This document shows, piece by piece, positions 38,119 through 47,180 of a DNA stretch of 64,000 nt. The number at the start of each line of letters is the position of its first letter. Within the stretch, counting starts at the first letter, position 1. Source of the stretch: a virus; the UHGV virus genome UHGV-0248979; one strand, written 5' to 3'. Below the pieces are notes generated by a model, which saw only the letters and a list, made by a program, of their open reading frames with translations, ran no database searches and had not been told where the DNA came from. The translations under genes were made by a program, and so were the position numbers.

Positions 38119-38778
38119 TTACATACGGGTAACTGAATCCCAGTAATCGCGAAGATATTCTTGATCTTCAGGATCTTTCGGTGTAGCCGGAATGTGGCCG
38201 TCAAACTCAAACGGAATTACAGACAGAACATCCGCAATCTCGTAACGCTCGACTTCCAGTTCAACTTTCACCCAGTCACCGACGCTGGTACTACTACGCA
38301 TCTCGGTGAGGAGATCGTTAAAGTCAGCCGAAACTTCAATTGCAGGGTGTCCGGTGGTGATAGTGAAAATATCAATATCCCAATGCTTAGCGCCTTTATC
38401 GGCTAATTCACCCGGTTCTAAGTGGATACGTTTCACCAGGTGAGCCAAATAACCGTCCTTGTAAAAAGAGAGTGCAGAACTAATACCGATATCCGAATTC
38501 TCTTCAACCTTTCCGTCCAGGAATTTACGCTTAAGCGTTAGCTGTGCTGTACCGTCTTCTTTAATACGGATACGACGACGCCCACCTTCTATCGGCATGA
38601 GAATGTCCATGAACATCTTAGTGGACTGTGCGTGTAGCCAATCCCATCCCGCTTGCGTGGGTTTTACCCAAACGCAATATTCCTTTTCCACTTCACGTTT
38701 AATGGATTCGCCTGCAACGCGAATAACTTCTTCTTCCTGCGCTTTTTCCAATTGCGCAAGGGTATCGAATAATCCCAT
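38119..38778 (-). CDS. CYTH / triphosphate-tunnel-like domain protein
   Basis: REVEKEY (ExExK), GGRRRIRIKEDGTAQLTLK (RxR...K), DIDIFT and VKVELEVE appear in the order of CYTH signature motifs (compare YgiF EIELKF / LRIRGENGRYEMTMK / ELELEL). Confidence 0.5.
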   Translation of the reverse strand: MGLFDTLAQLEKAQEEEVIRVAGESIKREVEKEYCVWVKPTQAGWDWLHAQSTKMFMDILMPIEGGRRRIRIKEDGTAQLTLKRKFLDGKVEENSDIGISSALSFYKDGYLAHLVKRIHLEPGELADKGAKHWDIDIFTITTGHPAIEVSADFNDLLTEMRSSTSVGDWVKVELEVERYEIADVLSVIPFEFDGHIPATPKDPEDQEYLRDYWDSVTRM

Positions 38779-39620
38779 TAGATTAATCCCATACTTTCAC
38801 TGACGCTCGTAATGTCGAACGTTGTGTCGTTAAAGTCGATGTTTTCTACAATAGAAACCACCAGATTAGGAAGCCATTCTGAATGGGGTGGTGTAATAAC
38901 CCGGCCGTTCATAACGTAGTAATGCAAGAACGGTAGTCCCATCGAATGGCAGTACGATAACACATTACCTAAGCAACTCCCGTCAAACTTCAAGAGTCGG
39001 AGCTTACGCAGCAATGCGTTTTGAAATGCACCGTTCGCGTAATTGCTAAACTCGCCAGGTCGATAATCCGTGCCCCCGTAGATACTCGCCTTTAATCGCC
39101 GACCGCGTTGTATACATTCAGCCCCAGTCAGGGTTCGTAATAAACGAATGTCTGGATATTCAGTTTCCAAACGACCCAAAGCGTTTATTCCGTAGCCCTT
39201 GTAGAACAGATAGTCTACGATCCTTAAATAATGATAGTAACCTTCCAACGTTAAAAACTGACCGTGAATTGTGTCGAATTTAGCACCGTTAGGTTGCGCG
39301 TAGAAGTTACTGATCATTTTCCCTACGGTAGTGCGACCGTTAGAGTAAAGATTAAGATGGTTGATACCGTCGGTAAAAGGGAGTTTTTCGGGTAACGCAC
39401 AAACGTAGCCTAAACGACGAAGGTATAGGACATAAACAAAGCGCTCATCAGGAGTAAGCACAATGTTCGACGCGCTAACGTATGTATTAGGATTATTTCG
39501 GCCAGGCTGATAACCCAGCGTTAAAGCCAATGCTTGATTGTCTTCGCTCTGACTTTTGATCTTCTTTAATACGGAACGCAGTAATTGTGGTTCGGTCATA
39601 ACCGGCCTCTTAAATTGCAA
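38778..39620 (-). CDS. hypothetical protein, 280 aa
   Basis: ORF overlapping neighbours at both ends. Confidence 0.5.
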   Translation of the reverse strand: MQFKRPVMTEPQLLRSVLKKIKSQSEDNQALALTLGYQPGRNNPNTYVSASNIVLTPDERFVYVLYLRRLGYVCALPEKLPFTDGINHLNLYSNGRTTVGKMISNFYAQPNGAKFDTIHGQFLTLEGYYHYLRIVDYLFYKGYGINALGRLETEYPDIRLLRTLTGAECIQRGRRLKASIYGGTDYRPGEFSNYANGAFQNALLRKLRLLKFDGSCLGNVLSYCHSMGLPFLHYYVMNGRVITPPHSEWLPNLVVSIVENIDFNDTTFDITSVSESMGLI

Positions 39621-40884
39621 AATAGTCTTCCACGATTTTATCGGTAGACTGGTAACTTACACTGCCTGCAGCAATCACGTAATTACGTTTCTCAGTGGTC
39701 AGTAGTGCCTGAATCGCATTTACGCCCGCGTAGGTGTAAAGTTTAAGTTCAGTCATCTCCGGCGTGATGTTCTTCGCTTTGTCCCACTTTGCATCTAATC
39801 CTTTAAATAGCGTTAATAGGCGAGTACCATACGTTTTGAAACTGACACCAGGTTCAACCCGAAGGTTAGCCATGAGGTTTTGGATAACGGTGGTTGCGAT
39901 CTGGGTTCCTTGTCCTGGTTGGAGTTTATCCAGATAGTATTCCGTTGAATCCAGATTACCTGTCGCTGCCGCCTGAATCATCAACTCGCCGTACAGTACC
40001 TCTTTTGCTTGTGTGTCGGTAATCGCTTGAAGCATCGGTTCGATTTTAGCCGGTAAACCATAACTGTTCAGTTTGGTAGATAGGCCATAAATCAGTGCTG
40101 AAGAGGTATTAATGTCTAACGTGGAGAAACTGTCGCTGCCTTTAAAGCTGTTAATCAGGTTATCGATGGCTAAGAAGTCGTCTAAGTCTTTGTAGCTGTC
40201 GAAAGTATGTTGTACGTCATCAACGATCGAGGTGATTTGATAACGCATACTGTTGACTTCGGACATAAACCCGTTGACTTCTTGACTAACTTCCGAGGGG
40301 AGTTTAGCCAATTGCCCAGCAATGTTCATCGTCCCTTCGAGACGTTTTTTCACCGAGTTAAAGTCAGTACCGATACCGGATAAAACGGAGTCGGTTAAGC
40401 TGCCGATACTATCCCACCCTTTACCTAACAGCTTCCCCATCCCACCTGGACTTAGGTAGTCTAGTGCTTTTAGGCCATCTTCATCCTTTTTCTTAAAGGG
40501 TTCAGAAACGTCACGCTTTTGTGGGTCGAGGACAGGAAGCGTTTCTTTGGTATTAGATGCAAAACCGGGAACCTTTTGTCCTGGCGACACCCCGGAGGCT
40601 GAACTCCCCGCAGTCTTAGTTCCCCCAACACTGGCGGTATCGCTACCGCCAAAAAGGTTACCAATTTTACTGGTCAGCTCGTTGCCGCCGCTAATGAGTT
40701 TGTTGAAAGTTTCACCAGCGCGGTCTGATAGTCGGCTGACGCTATCGACCGTGTTCTTAATACCACGCTCCGCATTTTCCACTGTTGTTTGTACGCGGTT
40801 TGTGGCGCTCTTTGCCGTATTAACGGAATTATCGATTGCCGACTGACCTTTATTTATCTGACTGGTTATTTGGTCGATTTTCAT
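39610..40884 (-). CDS. hypothetical protein, about 424 aa
   Basis: Start moved to ATG with GGAG SD (track start is TTG); Ser/Thr/Gly-rich middle region. Confidence 0.5.
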   Translation of the reverse strand: MKIDQITSQINKGQSAIDNSVNTAKSATNRVQTTVENAERGIKNTVDSVSRLSDRAGETFNKLISGGNELTSKIGNLFGGSDTASVGGTKTAGSSASGVSPGQKVPGFASNTKETLPVLDPQKRDVSEPFKKKDEDGLKALDYLSPGGMGKLLGKGWDSIGSLTDSVLSGIGTDFNSVKKRLEGTMNIAGQLAKLPSEVSQEVNGFMSEVNSMRYQITSIVDDVQHTFDSYKDLDDFLAIDNLINSFKGSDSFSTLDINTSSALIYGLSTKLNSYGLPAKIEPMLQAITDTQAKEVLYGELMIQAAATGNLDSTEYYLDKLQPGQGTQIATTVIQNLMANLRVEPGVSFKTYGTRLLTLFKGLDAKWDKAKNITPEMTELKLYTYAGVNAIQALLTTEKRNYVIAAGSVSYQSTDKIVEDYFAI

Positions 40885-41695
40885 TCTGGTCTCCAATTTG
40901 GTATTCGTCAAGGTTTACCGTGACCTGAACTTCGTAGATCTTATTGTCTTTCTGACGCCTTAAGGTCAAAAGGATTTCGAAACTACGAACATCAATTGCC
41001 TTGAGTACCCTCATAAACCATTTCCAGGAAAACTTCTTTTTTAACCTTAGATTGTGCTGCATATTGTGCCGCAAATCATTTCGTTTCGACGGCGTCTGCT
41101 CACAGTTAGCGGGATCGTTAACGAAGTTTGTGGAAAGACGGTACCACCAATCCGCATTCATTTTCATGTTTGCGAAGATAGTCCAAGTTAACCGAGATAA
41201 CGGATGTACCATCATCTTTGCGGTCTCACCACAGTTCTGGAAATAACGGTTCAGTTGCGCCGTTGCAGACTCCTTAGGTCGTTCGTCGTTATCTTCGAAC
41301 AAATCCCGAGCGAGATCTTCACGCACGCGTGTGGTAACTTCAGATACGGTTTTTGTTTTGAAGTGTCCTCGGTAAGTGGTTACACAAATCCGCAGTGTTT
41401 CCACTCCGGTAATCACCAACCCTTCTGTAAAACCTCGCCAGGTAAGATCGACAGGTAGTGCAGGGATGTTACCTGAACTCAGCTTCGTGGAGATACGTTG
41501 TATTCGATCGTCCATCGTTGCTTTTGAACGTGTTTTAAATTCTGGAGACAGAATATGTTTGGCGACGGCGAGTTTGTAATCCGAAGGCTTCCATCCGATC
41601 AATTCTTTATAATTCCAATAAAGCGTTTGAAGTGGTCCGCCAGCACGTTCGTCTTCAGCGTCCACGACCACACTTACTTTTTTGCTATCCATCAC
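40850..41695 (-). CDS. hypothetical protein, 281 aa
   Basis: ORF whose 3' end overlaps the next start by about 35 nt. Confidence 0.5.
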   Translation of the reverse strand: MMDSKKVSVVVDAEDERAGGPLQTLYWNYKELIGWKPSDYKLAVAKHILSPEFKTRSKATMDDRIQRISTKLSSGNIPALPVDLTWRGFTEGLVITGVETLRICVTTYRGHFKTKTVSEVTTRVREDLARDLFEDNDERPKESATAQLNRYFQNCGETAKMMVHPLSRLTWTIFANMKMNADWWYRLSTNFVNDPANCEQTPSKRNDLRHNMQHNLRLKKKFSWKWFMRVLKAIDVRSFEILLTLRRQKDNKIYEVQVTVNLDEYQIGDQNENRPNNQSDK

Positions 41696-41725
41696 ATCAC
41701 CTTGTTACAAGGGGTTACTGGTTTG

Positions 41726-42274
41726 TTAAATAGGGCGTTCTAAAAGGTAGTGTTCGATCAGTGTTTCCAACTCCCGGAATAAATGCGCTGTTTGGTTTAC
41801 CAACGCTTTGTCTTCGTCGGACTCCGGTTTAAGGAACGTCGATTCATAAGGTTGAATTAGCGCGAGTAATTTACCCAATTTATAAGCGGCAACCTCAGGA
41901 CTGGACGTCCCAAAATAAGTGTCTAGCCATCGGTATTCTGCCAAGTCGTTTCGTTTATTTAAAGCATCGGGCAATGGTAGCCATTCAATTGAACTCCTGT
42001 TAATTGCTCGTTGGTATTCGTTAATGAGAAATGCTAAACGTTGATAAAGAATGTCAATGTTATTAACGCGCAATTCGAGGAAACCGCGAAGGCTGGGGCG
42101 AAAGGGTTCTTCATTTATGTTTAAAGGCAATGTAAGCAATTGTAAGCCGGTAAAGACTCTGACATAGGGGTTGTGGGTGTTCTTATGGAACTCCTGCTTC
42201 AAAGACTCTCTGAGGGCTTTTAAACGGTTATTCTCTAACCGTTGTTTAAAACGAGTTATTATTCCTGTTAACAT
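41726..42274 (-). CDS. hypothetical protein, 182 aa
   Basis: ORF preceded by TCTTTAGGAGTGAATT-ATG. Confidence 0.5.
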   Translation of the reverse strand: MLTGIITRFKQRLENNRLKALRESLKQEFHKNTHNPYVRVFTGLQLLTLPLNINEEPFRPSLRGFLELRVNNIDILYQRLAFLINEYQRAINRSSIEWLPLPDALNKRNDLAEYRWLDTYFGTSSPEVAAYKLGKLLALIQPYESTFLKPESDEDKALVNQTAHLFRELETLIEHYLLERPI

Positions 42275-42345
42275 AATTCACTCCTAAAGAATGTCTCACG
42301 TAGATAATATCTGTCTGACTTCTTTTTGAAATTGAGGTAGTAAGA

Positions 42346-42810
42346 ATGGCTGACGAAGAAGTGAAATATCAGGCGTTTGATGGAGATGTGGACGACGAAG
42401 AATCGCTTCTCCGCCAAACGCAACAAGCCCGTGTACGGATTGTGAACCTCATCTTAGACGATCCACAAGCACACAAAGACTTGAAAACGGTAGACCGTCT
42501 AGGGTCTTTGCTTAACGACGTTGATAAACAAATCATTTCCAAACGTCGTGTCGCCGCTGCACAGAAAAACAGCGAAGCTAACCAAGATTTGGCGAATGCA
42601 CTTAATAGCATCCTCATGCAACGTGGTAATATCAAAATACGACGTCATGATGAGGAAATCGAAGAAACCCAGGGCTACCAGCCCCCCGTTCCTGCTATTC
42701 CCAATGTTGAGGTAACAGAAGGGGAGCTGGCACCAGTAGGTGAACAAATCGATGTTAAGTCCATTATGATGGCGGCGTTTGCACGTCCTGAACAGGACGA
42801 GCAAGACTAA
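42346..42810 (+). CDS. acidic hypothetical protein, 154 aa
   Basis: GAGGT SD 9 nt upstream; isolated + strand gene; 3' end overlaps a convergent ORF. Confidence 0.45.
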   Translation: MADEEVKYQAFDGDVDDEESLLRQTQQARVRIVNLILDDPQAHKDLKTVDRLGSLLNDVDKQIISKRRVAAAQKNSEANQDLANALNSILMQRGNIKIRRHDEEIEETQGYQPPVPAIPNVEVTEGELAPVGEQIDVKSIMMAAFARPEQDEQD

Positions 42811-43486
42811 ATAAAGCAGCATCCCGTGGGTCGACACCGACCCACTCTGCCATAAACCGGATATGTTCCTTAAACGGGTTAACGCCGTCTTGTTTGATTT
42901 GTTCAACCAACACGCCGGTCAATTCTGGTGTGAGCATGGCAGGGTGTGTGATGGTAAAGCTTGGAATCGGTTTTTTCAAGTGCGAAGCGTTAAGCTTAAT
43001 CCACTCGAACCAATCGTACATTATCCAGCAATCCCACGCCAATGATAATCTCCCCGGTGTGAGGTCTTCTAACGACCAAGACACCAATTCGACTTGTACG
43101 TTATTGTAATACATCCGAAACAGATTCAAAAAGGCTTGAAGTTCTTCGCCTGTTAAATCCGTATAAGGCCATGTATTGATGGTCAGAGTAGGTTTTTCAA
43201 TTGGCGAATGCATTTCGATTTCAAGCATCATACACTCGAATTCGTTTTTCATCGTTGCCAATAATTCAGTAGGCTGCGCATTAATCAAAGCGCGCTTATC
43301 CCGCTTCCGCCACTCTTCATCCCATTTTTCAAACCCGAGTACACCCGCCCATGCTTCTGTATAGCGACGCCGATAAACATCGTAGTCTAGTAAGGCTAAG
43401 CTTTCAGGCTTAATGGCTTTTACCCAACCTAAACGCGTATCAAATAACGTATCAATATCGATTAAGAAACGTCGAGATAATCTCAT
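42764..43486 (-). CDS. hypothetical protein, 240 aa
   Basis: ORF overlapping the next gene by 4 nt. Confidence 0.5.
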   Translation of the reverse strand: MRLSRRFLIDIDTLFDTRLGWVKAIKPESLALLDYDVYRRRYTEAWAGVLGFEKWDEEWRKRDKRALINAQPTELLATMKNEFECMMLEIEMHSPIEKPTLTINTWPYTDLTGEELQAFLNLFRMYYNNVQVELVSWSLEDLTPGRLSLAWDCWIMYDWFEWIKLNASHLKKPIPSFTITHPAMLTPELTGVLVEQIKQDGVNPFKEHIRFMAEWVGVDPRDAALFSLARPVQDVQTPPS

Positions 43487-44151
43487 GACGGATGGCCTAT
43501 GTTGTTACCGATATGCATCGCTTTGAGGTACGCTGACCACGTCCGTGTTGCTTTAGAACTCGTTCGCTCAGCTCCAGGCAAATCGATACGTCCTTTACCG
43601 GTTTGGCGCAGCGACTGATAGAAAGCACGTTGTAGTGCGTCGTTACCACCACGCGCCCACAAGAACTCTTTCAGTGTCCAGTCGTGACCATCGGAATACA
43701 TGATGTATGCTTCTGGGAAGGAGACCCCGGATGCTTTGGAAGGACCGACAACTTGACCGGAGAGTTTATCGCGAACTTTGTCGTTCTTCGCAACCGCCAT
43801 TTTCTTCTCTTGCATCTGCGTCTGACGACGGACAGGCAAGCGTAAGACCAAGTGAGGGTAACGAGTACGGTGATAAACACCTGTTTTTGGTTCTGTTAGC
43901 CACAACCGTTGCTCCAGGTTTACCCCTAGGATTTTGCACACCTCGATATTGCGCAGGTGGTCAATTTCGACTTTACTTCCCACCGGGTTGTAAATAGGTA
44001 AACCGTTACGAAGTCGGTTAAACTGTTCGTCGGTCATTCGTGCGAAGGCTTTCTTCGCGGCTTCGGCATTAATGCCAGAAGGGTCTACCAACTTTAAGAT
44101 TTGTAAGGCGTAGGCTTCCGCCTTTTTACGCCGCGCTGGTTCGAGTTTCAT
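43483..44151 (-). CDS. hypothetical protein, 222 aa
   Basis: ORF in operon. Confidence 0.5.
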   Translation of the reverse strand: MKLEPARRKKAEAYALQILKLVDPSGINAEAAKKAFARMTDEQFNRLRNGLPIYNPVGSKVEIDHLRNIEVCKILGVNLEQRLWLTEPKTGVYHRTRYPHLVLRLPVRRQTQMQEKKMAVAKNDKVRDKLSGQVVGPSKASGVSFPEAYIMYSDGHDWTLKEFLWARGGNDALQRAFYQSLRQTGKGRIDLPGAERTSSKATRTWSAYLKAMHIGNNIGHPS

Positions 44152-44425
44152 TGTCTACCGCCTTACGTAAATTGGATAACGTTTCTGCTTCAAGCAGGTC
44201 AATCCAGTAGCTGATAGCTTCCGTGTTTTCAGGAAGTTCGGAACGTACTGGCGCATACCCGTAACGTACTAATAGATTCGAGTAATACTCAGCGACCTTT
44301 AAACAAAAGGATTCCAGATCGGGAAACGGAAGAGTGAAGGCTTCACGAAATTCGGCCGCTGTTTCTAAATTAACACTTGCCAATCCTTCACTTAAGCGTT
44401 CCACAATCTCCGTTTGATAACGCAT
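44126..44425 (-). CDS. hypothetical protein, 99 aa
   Basis: ORF overlapping neighbour by 26 nt. Confidence 0.4.
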   Translation of the reverse strand: MRYQTEIVERLSEGLASVNLETAAEFREAFTLPFPDLESFCLKVAEYYSNLLVRYGYAPVRSELPENTEAISYWIDLLEAETLSNLRKAVDNETRTSAA

Positions 44426-44439
44426 GATGACTCCTTAGG

Positions 44440-44463
44440 TCGGGTAGGGTTTACCCTACCCGA
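44440..44463. terminator. GC-rich palindromic hairpin
   Basis: tcgggtaggg / ttta / ccctacccga; T-run on + side overlaps the stop of the 44470 gene. Confidence 0.4.
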
Positions 44464-44469
44464 TCCTAT

Positions 44470-45966
44470 TTATTTCTTTTTCGTCAGGAACTTCGGTTCT
44501 AGTCCATCGACAGCCATACCCAGAATAGTACGTGCAGTCAGTGTACGTTTACCACCTTTGGTTTCCTGGTCTTTAAACATCCAGTATTCTACCGTGTTAT
44601 CCAGAATTTCATTCCAGTCCCACTTCTCGTCAATCAGTTTGTAAATCTCACCCATGCTGAGATGATACTTCATTTCAAGACGGTGGTAGTTGTTTTGCAT
44701 ATACGCGATTGCCGCCGTGATTTCTAAAGCGCGACGTAAGCGTGCGTTATCAGAAATCATATCACGGATTGTCGTACGTTGGAATTTCACACCAGGTAAA
44801 ATGTCCAGTTCTTTGATAGAACCGCCACTACCGCTTGACGTAAAACCAAAGTCTGACTTCTTCAGCGTGTCACTTAAATAGTGCCACAGGCTCAGGTGAT
44901 ATAACAGACCCATTTCCTGAGAGAAGATCATCTGGAATTTCACACCGGTGTGACCACCCTTCGCACGATACTGAGTAAAGGTGATAATCTTCAAGTCGTT
45001 TACCGAAGCATTCATCGCTTTAGAACGTGACGTCGGATAAAGTTCTTCGTTAACACCGGTCTGTGCGTTATAGCTCTGGTCTTTCTTCAACTCCCCTGAT
45101 TTCGTCGCGACGATAAAAGAGTTTGTTAAAAAGCTAAGCTGACGGCGAGGAATACCTGCGAATTTTAAATCGTCGTTGGCATCGTCAAGAATTTTCGCAT
45201 TTGCTTTTTGTGCCTGACGACCACCTGCCATCGCTTTCCCAGAGTCATCGGCCATCTGTGCCACGAAACCCATATAGAAACCACCGCGTGCAAACGCAGA
45301 CGGCCAGCGGCTCATCATGTTCGATTTTTGCAGTGCATCGTGGGCGTTCAGGATGTTCTGATCAGAATCACCGATATCTGTTTTTGCGTGTTTGTCTTCC
45401 AGCGAACTGGAATGCCACTCTGACAAAGAGTCGATAGAATAAAGCCAGGGGTCCAGGATTTCTTTTAACTTCCGACGAACCGGATCGGGGAACGGCGTTA
45501 CACGGGTTTTACCAGACATATACTGCTTGAAGCGTTTTTCAACTTCGTCACGAATATAATCACTGTAATACTGTTCCCCAGGCATTACATCAGAACCGAC
45601 CAGGTTATAACGACCTTCGTGGATGAGTTCCAATACGGACGTTCCGTCGTCGATACCGTTGGCGTTCATGGCAGAGATGTACCCAGTTTCTAAACGATCG
45701 AGGGCGGCGGACACTTCTGTATCGTACTTAGAACCCCACTCTGCTTTATAACGTTGCAGGATTTGGAAGATACAGAAATCTAACAAAGTGGATTTAAAGG
45801 TGTTACCGCGACCTGCGAAACCCATGATGTGGGCAAAACCACCGTTAAGGTAGTACAAACCATCTTCACCTTTTTCGTAGTTACCTAAGGCATGATCCAT
45901 GATGGTGTAAACGTTAAAACGTGGACGAATTACTTCACCGATAACTTGCTTAGTTGGGCCTGCCAT
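44470..45966 (-). CDS. UvsX/RecA-family recombinase-like ATPase
   Basis: ...HIMGFAGRGNTFKSTLLDF... closely resembles the T4 UvsX Walker A region ...LILAGPSKSFKSNFGLT... Confidence 0.5.
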   Translation of the reverse strand: MAGPTKQVIGEVIRPRFNVYTIMDHALGNYEKGEDGLYYLNGGFAHIMGFAGRGNTFKSTLLDFCIFQILQRYKAEWGSKYDTEVSAALDRLETGYISAMNANGIDDGTSVLELIHEGRYNLVGSDVMPGEQYYSDYIRDEVEKRFKQYMSGKTRVTPFPDPVRRKLKEILDPWLYSIDSLSEWHSSSLEDKHAKTDIGDSDQNILNAHDALQKSNMMSRWPSAFARGGFYMGFVAQMADDSGKAMAGGRQAQKANAKILDDANDDLKFAGIPRRQLSFLTNSFIVATKSGELKKDQSYNAQTGVNEELYPTSRSKAMNASVNDLKIITFTQYRAKGGHTGVKFQMIFSQEMGLLYHLSLWHYLSDTLKKSDFGFTSSGSGGSIKELDILPGVKFQRTTIRDMISDNARLRRALEITAAIAYMQNNYHRLEMKYHLSMGEIYKLIDEKWDWNEILDNTVEYWMFKDQETKGGKRTLTARTILGMAVDGLEPKFLTKKK

Positions 45967-45981
45967 TTAGCGCTCCGATAA

Positions 45982-46281
45982 TTAACGATTCTTGGTCGGA
46001 AGAAGAAGACGGCGGTTGTGCCAGAATTCAAAGTAGGTCTCTACCCACTCAGTAACTTCTTCCGCATTTTCAGGATAAGGGTTTTCAATAGACTCGAAAC
46101 GGCGTTTGTTACGCTCGTCAATTTCCAGTTCCATAACACGTTTACCGCTCGGGCACGACGTTACGCTCAAGACTTTTCCAACTTGAATAGGCTTACCGTT
46201 CTGACCTTTTTTAACAGGGCTCAGATAAATTTCCGGTTCTAAACGCGGTGTGGTGTTTCGAGTCAGTAATTTGATTTTCAT
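45982..46281 (-). CDS. hypothetical protein, 99 aa
   Basis: ORF 16 nt downstream of the recombinase-like gene. Confidence 0.45.
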   Translation of the reverse strand: MKIKLLTRNTTPRLEPEIYLSPVKKGQNGKPIQVGKVLSVTSCPSGKRVMELEIDERNKRRFESIENPYPENAEEVTEWVETYFEFWHNRRLLLPTKNR

Positions 46282-46379
46282 CGAGCTTTACCTTTATGGA
46301 ATTGTCTCGGTCATAAGGTTTGGGTGAACTGTAAAAAGACTTTACTATGTAACCCTGACTTATAATCCGAGGTTTTAGA

Positions 46380-47135
46380 ATGAATGTAAATCCACTTGCA
46401 GCGTTATCTAGCTTCGCCGCTAAAGCGTCTGCAATCTTACCGAAAGGCTTTAGTGGCCCTCAACAAGAGATTGCATTAACCACTTATGACGAGATGTCGG
46501 ACGTTTCCAAGTGGATGCAACAAGAAAAATTCCTTCACTTTGCGGGAATGTTGGTTATCGTTCCACCTGGGTTTAATACCTACGTGATGGATCATTTGAA
46601 CCGCTTAGAATCCGTATGGAGTTCACTGCAAAACATTTATACGGGTATTCTGTTCCCGGTCGATAAACAACTTTCGGCCCTTACACATGATGTGGGTGTA
46701 CTGTCATTACCGATTGGTTTCCGTTACAAAAATGTTAATATACCTTTACGTAACGTTAACCCGAAAGATCTGGTTAACTTGTTAGCGAAATCGTACACTA
46801 ACAACGTTATTGACCAGCGACCAATCGAGAAGACGTATCACAGCGCGTCCGAAATTGATGTTGCGTTCAATCGTGCTAAGGCACTGAACGTTGAAATCAC
46901 AAAACGTCTACGGACAAACATCGACAAGTCAATCGAGTCTATTCGCACTACGTCAGAAATCTTGTCAGAACAAAACATTCATCCGAATGTAGCAAAAGAA
47001 CTGACGATGATGTTAGATTTTGCTTCCGATTGGGTGGAGCTGTTTGGTTTGTTCATGAAACAGGTTAACGAATTAATCGAATGCCTGAACGTTACTGCCG
47101 AACGCTTAAAAGCGCTTAAGGCAAACAAAAAATAA
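46380..47135 (+). CDS. hypothetical protein, 251 aa
   Basis: + strand ORF ending at a bidirectional terminator. Confidence 0.5.
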   Translation: MNVNPLAALSSFAAKASAILPKGFSGPQQEIALTTYDEMSDVSKWMQQEKFLHFAGMLVIVPPGFNTYVMDHLNRLESVWSSLQNIYTGILFPVDKQLSALTHDVGVLSLPIGFRYKNVNIPLRNVNPKDLVNLLAKSYTNNVIDQRPIEKTYHSASEIDVAFNRAKALNVEITKRLRTNIDKSIESIRTTSEILSEQNIHPNVAKELTMMLDFASDWVELFGLFMKQVNELIECLNVTAERLKALKANKK

Positions 47136-47149
47136 AAAAGTAAAGCTAC

Positions 47150-47173
47150 CCCTAGACCACACGGTCTAGGGGT
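47150..47173. terminator. bidirectional intrinsic terminator hairpin
   Basis: cccctagacc / loop / ggtctagggg with A-run upstream and T-rich downstream between convergent genes. Confidence 0.6.
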
Positions 47174-47180
47174 AAACTAT

